A stretch of DNA of 63,938 nt, filler included, from Phoronis australis (lineage: Eukaryota; Animalia; Phoronida): assembly GCA_002633005.1 (NCBI GenBank). It is 7 parts of 7 records of this genome, joined end to end, with 100 filler letters (N's around TTAATTAATTAA, not from the genome) between each part and the next. Parts side by side here need not be neighbours in the genome. Positions count along the whole stretch, not along the records: positions 1 to 8,992 come from NMRA01001537.1; positions 9,093 to 14,486 come from NMRA01000001.1; 5 more parts are not named here. One strand, given 5' to 3'. Below the pieces are notes generated by a model. That model was not told where the DNA came from, ran no database searches, and saw only the letters and a program-made list of their open reading frames with translations. The translations under genes and the position numbers were made by a program. Below are positions 1 to 12,984 of this stretch, in pieces (within the stretch, counting starts at the first letter, position 1; every line of letters starts with the position of its first letter).

Positions 1-376
1 CAACGCTGCAAATATTTTTATCGGCTACGAACAGTCGACATTTTAGAAACTAGGTAGATCGGTGCTGGTCGCTCCACCGATTCCCGTTACAATTTCTTTT
101 TAGTCCTCGGTGATTTCTTTCAGTAAAAGGTCCGCGAAGAGCCGGAGAGGCAGGGGCTGAGTATTTACCGAGACTACACGATCTCTCTTTTAAAGCCTGA
201 CAATAAATACTAGAAAGTACTAAAATGCTTTGGTTTTACTAAAGTGTCACCCGGCCATTCGGCGAATGTCTCAGATGGGACCATTCACTGCAAATTAAAG
301 GTTGTTGGGTTTATTATATGTACCTTGCGGGTCGCTTCCGTCGAGCGGATTTGTTATTTAGTCGGCATCTGCATAT

Positions 377-630
377 GGGCCCGGGCTCTAACCTTGTACT
401 CAAAACTGAACTCCAAATTCGTTTTGGCATTTTCGGTTCTACTTTTGGACGAACTCAACAGTACCGCTACTTGAGTACACGTCATGATTACGTGAATCAC
501 TCACTTCTACCCCGAGCTCCAAAGTTCGAATTTGTACTCAAAATTTCAAGTTGTTATTCGAGCTGTACCGGCTCAAATCTAGGCGTCATCAAATGCGAAC
601 TTGGACTTAAGACTCTCCGATCAGCGTAAA
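377..630. mobile_element. Partial MITE of the GGGCCCGGTCTC-terminus family (PIF/Harbinger-like)
   Basis: Starts gggcccgggctctaaccttgtactcaaaactgaactc, similar to the termini at 39772 and 40176 and the reverse end at ~15065; internal actcga-type repeats. Confidence 0.55.
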
Positions 631-2654
631 TAATGTTAATTTGTTCTGTTCGCCGCATCACCCTTCTTATGCTAAATTCATTAAAACTCGTGGTCACGTG
701 AGCCAAAACCGGCAAATATGAGGTCAAAAATCAAATTTCACGGGTTTTCTGCTTTCTGGAATTGTACACAACTTTTCTACACTTGGTGTAGATATTTTGT
801 TTAATGCACAGACTACAAAAAGGCCCTACACAGGGAATTAGTTACCAAAGACTTTGCCCGATTTCCCCTGGCCTCTCGACTATATATGTACTCCCGCGTG
901 ACAATTGAAATCAAAATGTTGTGACAAACAACTAAATAATCTGGTACTGATGAACAATAACGACCTATCACCCATGACCGTCTCCTTCTCATGTACGTAT
1001 GCTACATAATATTATAGGTAAGGAAGTAGATGAGCACAGACCGTAAACAATTTTTGACAGTCTACAATTCTTTTCATTGTTTCGAGTCGTGACGTTTTTA
1101 TGAAATGGCAGTGAAAAAGACTGATTAAATTCCGTAATATGCAAAGCAACTCAAATAGTTCAATAGTCAATATTAACTTGCGTAGCCTGCCACGAGTCTA
1201 CGGGAGGATCTGAGATGTCGACAAGAAGTCAAGATAGTCCTGCCAAGCCTGAAAACGGTGTCGATGGCGTTGTTCCTTCTTGGTAGATTTGGCGAAACGT
1301 TCATCAGAATAGGTCAGTAAGGACTGACGAGCAGACGACATTGTCGGCGACAGTTGTACCTGTATCGTATAGAACTGAAAACTCCATCCCTTGCTAGCAG
1401 TTCCACACAACCTAGCTGTTTCATTGTCAGCTAGTTTTTGTTCATCAATAACCCGAAATTTGTGTACCTTACGTAATCGAAGAAAGAAATGTTCTTTGCT
1501 AATAAGTACTGTATTCATTAGCCTAGCCACAGAAAATACTCCAGGGCGTTCTCCGACAATTTCGGACACCCGAAAAATAACGTTGGTTAATTTTGCATGT
1601 CTTGCAGATGATTTCATCGAAATGTCTTCATTGATTTAACTTTCAGTTCTCTGTAAGTTTTATTCAGCAAACAACCTGTGTTCCAGATTTGTTATTATCT
1701 TTCGATTTAATGTAATTATCTGTGGTTAAAAGCGAAACTTGCGACCATGTCTTAATTGGCCGATATCCTTAGCTGTGACAAAAAGTACGAGTTAGGATTC
1801 CCGTATGCTGAGTTCACGAATATGAAGTTCAACCACGATCAAAAGTACATCAATTTTTAGGAATTCTTTTTCAAAGTAAAAATGACATTTTTCACATGAA
1901 ATGAATAAAACAAAAATGTACAGAAGAATGTTCATTTACTGGAAGGTAAAAGTGACTTCCCGTCAGGTTGACAAGTACCACTTTTAAGAAATTGACCTGG
2001 AACACACGTTTTCAAGTAATTGCGTCGTCAAATCGACGCAATGAAATTGGTACGGTGTATAGGATTGGAAAGTGCCGATGGGGTAAGGAAAGAATTGAGA
2101 AATATTTTATGTGATACCAGTTTATAATTTGTGTGTTTAGGACATGAATAAACAAATCATACAATTATACATACATGTAAACAATAGATATATTCATTTT
2201 TACCTTGTGTCACAGCCGCATATTTAACTATAGACTTGTTTGAAAAATTTGACACTTTCACATTTGACGAGTATTTTCAAACAGGGTTGAGAAAGTGCTA
2301 TGAATTTCTGATAGCTCAGGATTTACAAAAACAAAACAACGCTCAATTATCACCGCTGCATGAAATGAATTCATTTCGCCTTTCAAAGAGTTTACCCGTC
2401 TTTCAGACACCCCATGACCACATCCCTTGGCTAACTCAAATTTAGCATGAAATTATAATTGTATCGCTGCTACTCTGCTTACCAGTAAAGCATCTGTAAT
2501 CAATTTAATTTAACAAGGCAGCAAAGAAATCCCTAATCCTTGATAAACTCCCCAGCGTGCATATGACTGATAATAGGCTGGATTTGAAGTTCAAACTTCC
2601 CTGTCTGCAAATGATCTGGCTGATACATCAGCCTATACGTGGATAGCATGCAAA

Positions 2655-2810
2655 CAGTGCTGTAATGGTAAAATTAGAGGTAAGTAGGCGCCCGAAGCCC
2701 ACCGTATCACAATGAGCACTGAACGTAACTTAGGGTGCGTAGGCGCTACGTTCAAATGCCAAAAGGTGGTTGGCTGCGCCTACGTGCGCTTACGCCCCAC
2801 TACAGCACTG
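2655..2810. mobile_element. 156-bp hAT-like MITE
   Basis: TIR cagtgctgta...tacagcactg with a perfect 8-bp TSD CATGCAAA (2647-2654 and 2811-2818). Confidence 0.85.
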
Positions 2811-5005
2811 CATGCAAAGGGTCGTCTTCTCCATATTCGTCTAGTGTACTACAGCTAGGCGGCACAGTGCGTTATAATGAATAACCACTACACTTTTCAC
2901 GATATTATATTTATTCGGAGGGGTTTCTGCACTTCAGACTACAAATGCGTATTAAGGCAAAACCTCAGAAAATCCTTCGAGATAACAAGGATCGAACTTC
3001 TTAAATAACGTTTCATTATAAATAGCAGACCCATAACTATGCATCATCAAAATCCTTGATCACACAATCTTAGTAATATGCGCACAAAAGCAATTCCCAG
3101 ATGTTTGCAAAACCATGACTGCGTTTTTTCTAAAAAAGCTATTTCTTACAGAGATCAACAAAACTTACACAAACATGAATTTCTTCCCACAAAGCAGCAA
3201 ATTCTGTTTCTTTACTCTATTAGCTATAAAACTTTACTTGGGATTTTCTTTTAAGTATGTTAGCTTGTGAACTATGCTGTCAAAAGACTTTTGCAAGTGG
3301 ATTATTGATACTTAAAAAGTTACTTAAAAAACTGATCCTTGGTAATGAAAGTAAACAATTTTCATAAAAATACAAATTAGTATGCACAAATAACACAACT
3401 TTAACTTGCAACAATTTGCATCAAATAAAATACAAGATTATATTAAATTAATCAACAACTGGTTACTCACACTGGGCTGGGTCAACACCGATGTTGGGCT
3501 TGCCTGAACACCCTAATTTTCCCTGGCTGTTAAAAGCTAATGGTCTTCAATGCGCCCATGCTTAACTTATTCAGTCAAAGCTTTAAAAATACAACAAACC
3601 TTTGCAAATGCTAATATCAGCACCCAAATTTGCTTTAATACCAACAGTGAGTTTTCATTCTACTCAGTCTTAATTGCACTGAAGTGGCTTACCACAAACC
3701 ACCTCCACTAAAGGTCAAGGTTATGTGGGGCCTTATTGACACCTCTGCGCAATTAGAAAAATTTCTACAAAACTACAGATTATTTAACTCAGTAAAAATA
3801 TGTATGAAAGTGTTAAATTTGACTTTCAACTTTACACCAATCAGTCACTTACCGAGTCACGTGACCATGACTTGTCTTTTAGTAAAATTTAGCAAACTAA
3901 CAAGAAATAGGTAAATAAATGCACTCATAGGAAAGCAGTGTTGCCAACAACATTGGGCGAATTTTGGAACCTACACAACCTTAACACAAAATTGGCAGTT
4001 CAAGTCAAGGCATCAATTTTTTAAAAATATTACTGTCAAATGCCTATGTTCAGCTAACCCCCCACCCCTCATTTTTGAGATTTTCAGTCAGTCACTTTAA
4101 GTGCTAACCCAGAAGTATACAGTATATAACAGTGAGTTAACCTCTCCGCTGCAATACTCATCACGTATGAATCCAGAGGGGGGGAGTCCAAATTCCTGCT
4201 TGGTCATTTTAGTATAGCTGTAATGGATGAGTAGGAAGTCCCCCATTCATTGACACAGTTCTCTGTTACTACCCCCTCTGGCTGCGATTACAGGTAGAAG
4301 CGAGTCCTTGACTTACAACTGGCATATCACGTACAGTACAAGACGAAAGTAATCAGACAAAATACCGTCTTTTCATCATAATGCCAAATTCCATTAAAAA
4401 CAAAAATGACTCATAATAACTATTGCGGCAGGAAAACTCTGATTACAGAGTGGCTTAGCCATCTGATAATTCCTCTTCGTTTTCTGTCATGAGAAAGTCT
4501 ACTCTGACTATCAACTAGGCTCTCGCCCAACTGTCATGACGAGGCATTCTGGGTCCTTTTGTCGGAATACTTTTGGCTTGTATTGTACGGTAAAATCTCA
4601 CTGATTTAGTCCACGACAAAATGGCCGACACGTGACATTTTATTTTATTTGTTTTTCCATAAAAATACGTGACACAAATTAAATGCTTTTTCATGTTCAA
4701 GGTCTGTACCACAGTAACCACCTGACAAAGTTTTGAAAATTGTGGGCATTTATAAGAATTTCAAATCCTTGAAACGTGAAAAAAGACATTTTTTGCAATT
4801 TTTTTGTCAAAAATTGGCAACTAGATTTTACCTGTATGCATATATTTTAAAAAGTCCTGGACCAATTACAGTAGAATAATGAACAAAATATGACAGCTGC
4901 CAAGCTATTTCAATAAGGACCTCCAGCATACAACTTCTGTACAGAAAATGTCAAACCAGCTCTAAATGCAAAACGTGCAAAATTTGCGTTGGAATGTCTT
5001 GATAT

Positions 5006-5062
5006 TCACAGCCGTGCCTTTTGGAACCACGGTTTGAGGTACTTGTAGTAGGACTCGTGGAT
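5006..5062 (-). CDS. ACOX1: Peroxisomal acyl-CoA oxidase, terminal coding exon (IHESYYKYLKPWFQKARL*)
   Basis: tttcag acceptor; resembles the ACOX1 C-terminus (VHESY...SKL); ends in PTS1 variant ARL; in phase with the upstream exon. Confidence 0.9.
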   Translation of the reverse strand: MHESYYKYLKPWFQKARL

Positions 5063-5476
5063 CTGAAAATAAGAATGAACAGCAAGGTCAATAAAGTAGC
5101 GAGCATATGGATGAAATTAATTCTTTTATTTTGAAAACCTGCTAAGGTAGTGTTACGACTACTCATTCTGTTTAAACTTCATGCGTTTTCAAAAATCACA
5201 ACTTTTGGTTCATGTTTTGGTAGTTGATTCTTTACAATGCGAAGTATTGAGATACTTCTTAATGCACTTTCTTATTACAATAAAGTTTCTTCACATTAGT
5301 ATACAATATGGCAAAACAATTTATTTATCAACATTTTCAACAAGAGCAAACAATAAATTTTGATTATTTGAAAACTGTACATAGTAAAGCTGTCATCAGC
5401 AATCACACAATAAATGTGAACAGTTTTGGCAATACAGTGAACATTAAATGTTGAATATTGAAAAAATACAATTTTG

Positions 5477-5590
5477 GCAGTGTGGCCTGGTTGATACGTG
5501 CCTGCTTTCTTTACTCGAGGTCGTGGGTTCAAGTCCCACCAGGTCACACTGCTAAACCCTTGAGCCAGGTTTCTAGCTCCTTAGCTCGGT
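5477..5590 (+). mobile_element. tRNA-derived SINE head in the ACOX intron
   Basis: A-box-like gtggcctggttg and B-box ggttcaagtcc at tRNA spacing, followed by acccttgagccagg; no intact cloverleaf. Confidence 0.6.
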
Positions 5591-6025
5591 TTTAACAATA
5601 TATTAATAAAGCATAAAAATATTTCCAGGTGATCAGTGCAATGGGCCCACATGCGAGGCCTGCGCACGTCTGATACAACGTGTATCAGACCGCCTGCAAT
5701 TATTTTTTTATAATTAAATTCATTTTGTGATGATTCGGTGCTGCTAAGTTCATTACACACTTGTCTTGAAGTATACATTTTGGCTTTTCTGACGTTATTA
5801 CAGCTGAGCCGGACTTTAACATAAAAGTTACAACTCACAAAAAAGATGCAAAATAATCAGCTGCTGTCATGATTGCTTTTGTTACTATGCAAAAAGTGAA
5901 AATAAAATTTTTACCTTATGATGCACTTGAGAGCAACATGGTACCGTAACGTAAAACATATGACTAACACAATACAATAAATGTTTTAGTTCATCGTCCA
6001 TTTATGACTACAATAGAAATGTTAC

Positions 6026-6161
6026 CTCGGTTTGATTCATAGGATTCTGCTTAGTTGTGTCGTACAGGTTCTGGTAGGCATTACCGTCGTAAGAGCCAAT
6101 GGCAGAGCTAAGAGTCTTGTCATGGAAGTCGAATGAGTCAACAAGGCGGACAGCTTCAGGT
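6026..6161 (-). CDS. ACOX1: Acyl-CoA oxidase exon (RPEAVRLVDSFDFHDKTLSSAIGSYDGNAYQNLYDTTKQNPMNQTE)
   Basis: AG/GT boundaries; matches the ACOX C-terminal motif AV.LVD.FDF.D..L.S.LG.YDGN.Y..L. Confidence 0.93.
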
Positions 6162-7068
6162 CTGTGGTAATGAAAGAATACAAAAACCATTGCCAATCAC
6201 TTGTGGGAAATCCTAAAACCTGTCTCCAGGTTAAAATGGACACAAAAAATCATAAACCACGACTACTGGACTTACTTAACTTGTGGCTGCGGCAACAAAA
6301 GAACAAAAATTTATTGGCAACCACTTGTGAAAAATTCTAAGGACTGGTTACATAAAGGTGGAATGCCAGAGCAGAATAATGATGTTAGGACATTGCTTAA
6401 AACACCACAAATCCATGTTATGTAGGACTTCAGAAAAAAGTCCAAATTTGTCGAAATTCTTAACATCGTATCTCAGAAATGGCTGATCAGATTCATATCT
6501 AACTTTTAGACACTATGCATTGTATACTGCTGTCCAAAACTCTGAGCAGATACAGTTTGTTTTCAAAATTTTCCAAATTCACATGTCTTGAGGAGAAGCT
6601 ATCATCAAAAATAGGCATTTTGCGATTGCATGAAAAAACTTTGAAGTTGCATTAAATGAAATATTTTAGAAGACTGTGACTGTGTTTTTGAGATCTAACC
6701 TTCAACAATTTTATATCTAATAAAGTTTGATGTTATTGATAACGTTGTTTTGCCATACATTTTTTCCTAAAGACGTGGTCAGGTCATATAATTAATGACA
6801 GATTATTAAAATGTAAAAAATCAAATTATACAGGCTATCTACTTTCAGAAAACATACATTTACTGAGTTGAGTTGAACTCCGTAGTTCTGTAGATATTTG
6901 GTTAAAAAATAATGTAGACCTTTCGATAAGGTCCTACAAAACCTTTGAGCCGCAATGGGACATATTCTTATGTCAAAAACCACTTTCTTCACACTCCCAC
7001 ATCTGCTCATCCGAAGTAATCTATAATTAGGAAGGTGCTAAAAACTAAATTGAGATTGCAGTACCAAC

Positions 7069-7139
7069 CTGATTAGTGGAAGAAGTCGTTTTTCTTCCTT
7101 TTCAAATGCCGTTAGTTGATCAGCAGTAACTGCACCAGT
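7069..7139 (-). CDS. ACOX1: Acyl-CoA oxidase exon (TGAVTADQLTAFEKEEKRLLPLIR)
   Basis: AG/GT boundaries, 71 nt; phases fit both neighbouring exons; LL.LIR motif. Confidence 0.88.
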
Positions 7140-7392
7140 CTGAAAGAAAGTTACAGGGTGGTGAAACGATCCAGAATTTGGGCCCATAAATACTCTTACT
7201 ACATTAGCAATTGGAAGCTAATAGATGACTGAGGCTACCTTAGGAAATTCACCTACTGTAGTAAGAAATGCTGCCTCTTGTAGATTTATGAAAGGCTTCT
7301 GACACGGTTGAGCATATTAGCAAGCAAAACGCATCATCTCTCTCTCCCTCTCAGATCATAGCTAATCAAATCTTATTGATGACTATAGCTAC

Positions 7393-7536
7393 CTTGAGAA
7401 ATTCACCAGAGTAGAGTACAATGCCATGAAACATATAGAGATCGCACAGCATAGAGAGGACCCTCTTGATGTCTCTGTCACTAATGGTCTGAATGCCTTC
7501 GACAAATGACTGGACCACTGATAGGTGAGCATGTGC
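7393..7536 (-). CDS. ACOX1: Acyl-CoA oxidase exon (AHAHLSVVQSFVEGIQTISDRDIKRVLSMLCDLYMFHGIVLYSGEFLK)
   Basis: 144-nt phase-0 exon; resembles ACOX1 AH.H..VV..F...VL..LC.LY...GI....G.FL. Confidence 0.92.
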
Positions 7537-8584
7537 CTATGGAAAAAGGTAGAAGTATGATAAAACCTTAGTAAGTTTTTTAATGCAAAAGATTGTGACT
7601 CAACATTTATGATCTGTTTCTTTCATCTACTACAAATTCCTGTATATCGCAAAGGCATATTATGCAAGTCTTAATTACTGTTTCCGTGTGGTATTATCCA
7701 TGCAAGCAACATTAGAGGAACTTCAAGGATTAAACTGACCAATCACAAGCTCTGCCCCCTTGTGAGAAGTCCTCGACAACGTGTTGTTTGTTTTGGTGGC
7801 TTGGAAACTCACACAAAGGTGAGTCAAGAACGTTGCGCCTGGTCAGTTCAGCTGTCAGTCAAAATCATGGCAATAGGTCCAGAAAGCAGTTTATCGCATC
7901 TTATTTCTACATTGAATCCTTCATCAAGAAAATACAATCTCTTGCATTTGTGTTTGCTAGAACAATGCTAGAGGAAAATTTTGGAAAAATGGGATTACGT
8001 CGAAATCTCTCAACAATTCTATCATAGAGTTATTGAATGACATTGCCTCAGGGAAAAACTTCATCAAAAATTGTCTTTCAAAAACCTTGAAACTTTCATA
8101 ATCGCCTGTCAAGTATAAATTAAATAATTTTAAAATGTCAAATTAAATATTAATCATTCTCTTTATGTTTAAGCCTCCCTTGAACACAATCATGGGATTC
8201 AAATTTTATACATCACTCTTCAATGCACTGAACTGAAAAGTAACATGGATGCTTGGTTTTTCTGACCCACTTTCAAAGCATTTAGCACACGTTACGTCAG
8301 CACAAGAAGTCAAAGAACAGTCATTAAAACAACACGGTCAAACACTTAGTAATACCTTGATTGTTCAATGTTCCAAGTGCTCGCGGTGACACAGGATGGC
8401 CTGAAAACTCCAGTTAAAGCATCTCTTGATGGACGGTTTATTGAAAGATTAAATAAAAATTTCTTGCCAAGCTTAAGTGTTGCTAGGCCATCAAAATGGC
8501 CAAAAACTTCAAGAATTATGAAAATGTGTTCTGAAAATGCACTTAAAAAGATCAAAGCTTAGAAAGAAATAATCTAAAGGTTAC

Positions 8585-8690
8585 CCTGGCAGCAACTGTG
8601 AGATCAACACCGCATTCATTCCAAGCAATGTGATGAGGTTTGCCTTCTAGTATCCTTTGTTGTAATCTAGTAGCACCTGATTGCAATAAC
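8585..8690 (-). CDS. ACOX1: Acyl-CoA oxidase exon (RLLQSGATRLQQRILEGKPHHIAWNECGVDLTVAAR); upstream exons not found before the linker
   Basis: ttttgcag acceptor, gtaa donor; AWN...VDL..A motif. Confidence 0.9.
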
Positions 8691-8992
8691 CTGCAAAATG
8701 AATCAAGTCTCAGTAAGCAACGACAAATCTCAATAATGACCATCAACATGGTGTGATTTTGCTGACGATTTATAAAGATAATGGAAGCAGTGATGATGGC
8801 GACAGTGATGAAAGTGATGGTGCTGATGACGGTTACCGTGATTAGCAGGGCTTGGAATGACCAATGACAAAATACGCGGAGACTTTTACGGCCCAAATCA
8901 TGCGCGCTACCCAGCCTTGAAATGGTCGATGTGAGCCTTTCACCGACAGAAATCGGGAGGACTAAAAAAAAAAGTTACCACCATCACTAGCA

Positions 8993-9092
8993 NNNNNNNN
9001 NNNNNNNNNNNNNNNNNNNNNNNNNNNNNNNNNNNNTTAATTAATTAANNNNNNNNNNNNNNNNNNNNNNNNNNNNNNNNNNNNNNNNNNNN
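8993..9092. other. Artificial contig linker (N-TTAATTAATTAA-N, 100 bp); also at 14487-14586, 33244-33343, 37395-37494, 56937-57036 and 62415-62514
   Basis: The same six-frame-stop 12-mer is centred in N runs six times. Confidence 0.97.
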
Positions 9093-11532
9093 TGGGAACG
9101 GTCTTTGTGCGTCCACGACGCACATTTCTTATTGGGAAAGCCAGATTTTCAAAAATTAATCGCTCAGAACATTTGAGTCTCATTTACCTGCAATTATACT
9201 GCTATCAAATGACCGAGCCAACATTGTTGATACTACGACCGCTCATCGAAATAATGTACACCCACGAAATTCAGACACTAGCGGAAACCCAAATTTGGAG
9301 GTCCGCCAAATTCGGAGACCACAAAATGATATTTCGCGAGATTCGTCCGTTTTTTCTATTGAAATTAATTTTCAGTGTCCGAAAATCACGCGACTTTACC
9401 GTAAGCGAAACATCGCCAACAGCCCGTGTATGAATTCAATGAAATGTGGCCAACAGGTAACCAATATGATTTAATTAACCCTTACGCTGTTTATTTTGTT
9501 CTGATAAAAAATACCTTAACCCCATCATAGGTGAAACACTCTCCTGACCACCCTCTGAGTGACATGACAGTCATCCATGTCACCCCTTCACAATATGCTA
9601 ACAACATTATGAGATGTCCAAAGTGTTACTAGATGAATTGATTGGTGAATATACAATGTTCAGACATTAATCAACACAGTTATGGTTACACAGTGTATAT
9701 TACATTAAATTAATGACAGGGCTTTGCATTGATATTTTCCACAATGCAAAACTGATTGTGCACAAATTAGGCGAGACAAGAAATTCCCAGGCACAAAATA
9801 TTGTTTTTCAAAATAATTTTTGGTGTGCGTATTGAGGTGAGCGTGCTACATAAGGGAAGAATTACCGTACTGTTGGCTTTTTAGCATTAACAACCAACTA
9901 TTGACATATAGTCTTCATCTCCAAATTACGCAAAACTAACTGTTGAAATGAATTTGAAATTACATCTTTCTCTTGAACTGTTGCAATGTGTTCCTGATCA
10001 TTACACTAGTCACAGACAATTAAGCATCCACTGTCATCAGCTCAGAGATCCTTATTAATCACGGCACAACATTTACAATACCGTCACCTTCACTGGATAT
10101 CCAAAAAAATCTGTCTCCACAACGAGAGCACGTCAAACACTTGCTACTCAGTTCACATTCCAATCAAAAACATGTAACCAGTCTTCCTAACAGCCAGATC
10201 AATCAACTCACCATGCTTTTGTATACTGGCTCTAGCAAAAGACAAACATATCTGACAGTGAATTAAGAGATAATATTTTTGTTCTGGATTTGAGAACATC
10301 GAGATTTATTCACGGCTATTTATCCACTGAAAGCACTACACAGTTTACAGAATGCAATTGAAATTAGTCACGTAAAACCAGCGCATTGTTGAGACAATGC
10401 ATTTTTTATTGATTGATAAGTGCAAGTGATACCAGATGTTTTAATGACTGTGAACAACAGATATCCCTCATGAAATTCGATTAAATGGCAACTCTTCTCA
10501 ACATAGCATCAATCATGAAACTGTACACTGGAGACTAATGGTAAAAAGTTACCAATTTCAGAGAAACGTAATAATGCTAAAACTGACCTTTCTTCATGTT
10601 GTAAAGGCTTCTAACATTGTTGCAAATGCTTACAACTTCTCGAGATGATTGTTTAATGATGGGCCTTTTATCATAGAACTTAAAAAATATAAAAAGCATT
10701 TACTTGGAGCTACTATTGTGAAAAACATTAAAAATGTCAGCCAATAGCATCCCAAATTGGAGACACTTAAAAGTAACAAAACAGAAAATCTAGAAAATAA
10801 CCAAATCCATTGCAAATTTCAGAACTTGACACAAAAAAACAATGTCTTCGTTTTTGACTCTGGGCAAAAGTCCTCAACTGATAGTTTCGGACGCTTGAAT
10901 TGAGCCATTGATGAATGCATTATTTACACAGATCACTGCGGAAAATCAGAACTTCTAGAAAAAAACATGGCAACATCTAACGTAAATGTAAGCACATCTG
11001 AATTTACATAATTTCACTTTTTGTTCACATTGTTAGTTAAACAGACGATGTGAATGTCTTGAAATTATAGTTTTAGTGTAACTGAAAAAATGCAATCCTT
11101 GGGTAGGTTGGTAGACATTAACAAACACAATCTAATCAAATAAGTATCTTCAGCTCACATGTAAAGCATTGAGAAAAACAATAAAACACAATTCCAACAT
11201 AATGGACCAATTCCCAACTGGAGCACTAATTCAATATAGCTAGCTTCATTTCCATCTACTAATGACTGGTATAGACCAGTGCCATGAAATTCTGAAAATG
11301 CACCCGGAACTATAATGGCTCCAAGGAGAATGGGTTTCTGGGAAATTTGGCGCTGAGAAAAGGAACAACTTGTTGTACCTCACATAACTTCACGATTGCC
11401 TGATGTGCAACTAATGTAACAGACTAAAATGATAGGGAAAACCAACAGAAATGAGACATTCAAATAAAAAGCACAATTCAAATCACAAATTGTTGTCGTG
11501 CATCCTGTTAACTTTTTAATGTAAAAAAAAAC

Positions 11533-11636
11533 AACGAGCACAAGGACTCAATGAACGCAAGGACTCAACGAGCACAGGACTCAACGAGTGCAAGGACTCA
11601 ACGAGCACAAGGACTCAATGAGCGCAAGGACTCATT
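11533..11636. repeat. ~17-bp minisatellite (aaggactcaacgagcgc-like), ~6 copies
   Basis: Repeated aggactcaa(c/t)gag units. Confidence 0.85.
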
Positions 11637-12209
11637 GAAGGGAATCAAGATGGATCATAAGGCTAAAATAGTTCTGGAAAAGCACTTTCACTGAAATCTC
11701 ACCCATTTTTGACAAAAATCATTACTAATAGGGCCAAAAAATCTCCAGTCCAACATACATGTATTATGGTGAGATTTAATGAAACTGATGCTTGCTTTTT
11801 GGCCAGAAAAAGGCATTTTTTCAAAAGTATTGATTTCTAGCAAGTGTCATGGGGAAATTCTCAGAAATTTATGGTACAAGCGGCATTGTGTAGAGGTTCA
11901 CAAAATATCTCAAGTGTGGATCAAAGTGACTATAAATATTGCATTAGTGCCTGAAGACTGTAGAGCCACAGGAGATCACCCGATATATCACCAAACCATT
12001 GTGAGAAAGCCAGAACACCAATTTCCATTCAACAGTTGTTGAAAAGGATAAAATTCACCACCATTAATGACACTTCTAAGCACAAAATCAATATTTTATT
12101 CATATTATCACACAAATGAGGAATGAACTTTTGACAAAAGAGAGAATGGAATCCAACAAGACAGAAACAACAGTACCACTACACCCTGGTGATATTGTAA
12201 GTTAATGGA

Positions 12210-12450
12210 TGTATGTCAATCTGACATCGATAGCTTCATACTGTATACTAACAGTATCATACAGTACGTCAATATCACACTGACAACTTCACACAGTATA
12301 CTAACAGTATCATACAGTACGTCAATATCACACTGACAACTTCATACAGTATACTGACAGTATCATACAGTACATCGATATCAGACTAACAGCTTCATAC
12401 AGTATACTAACAGTATCGTACAGTATGTCAATCTGACATTGATAATTTCA
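12210..12450. repeat. 53-bp minisatellite, ~4 copies
   Basis: gtatactaacagtatcatacagtacgtcaatatcacactgacaacttc recurs at 12243 and 12296, with variants beyond. Confidence 0.85.
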
Positions 12451-12932
12451 AACTGACCGTATCATAAAATATTGAGATCAAAGTCTCAAGCAGATTATTT
12501 CCAGGCAGGGAAGTGGCACACCTTTAATAACTTAAACTAAAGTGCCTCATCATTTCCAGCTGGGTTGTAGGGGCATTTTCACTGTTGAAAAGGTTTTGTT
12601 TAGTCTGCCTACAGTATGTTCACATGGGACAACTACTAGGTGAACATTTGGAGTTTTGTTGCCCCAACCTCTAAGTGGAGTTTTGTTACCCCAACTTCTA
12701 AGCGAGCCTAAGCCAGACTATGACAACGGTAACACGTCCCTCCTATTCAAATCACAAAATAATGCTCATTGCTTAAATACCCATTATGCTGAAGAAAATT
12801 TATTCGCTAGTTTCTCTTATAATGCAACGATTTTAAAAAATCAAAGACAGCTACTATTTCCTTAAATTATAAAAACAGTCATTTTGGTTATTTCCTTACT
12901 TCTTGTCCATCCTTTTTTACTTTGAATGCTAA

Positions 12933-12984
12933 ACAGGTGTGTTGGTTCACCACCACACACAGGTGTGTTGGTTCACCACCACAC
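12933..12984. repeat. 26-bp tandem duplication
   Basis: acaggtgtgttggttcaccaccacac present twice. Confidence 0.85.

Noticed and set aside
1198-1617. 139-aa minus-strand ORF
   Set aside because: No recognisable domain or convincing splice context; cannot be supported without a search
2483-3512. Candidate minus-strand micro-exons (2483-2493, 3471-3512)
   Set aside because: Weak polypyrimidine tracts and no recognisable product
5477-5550. tRNA gene
   Set aside because: A and B boxes are present but there is no complete cloverleaf, and it continues into a SINE-like body
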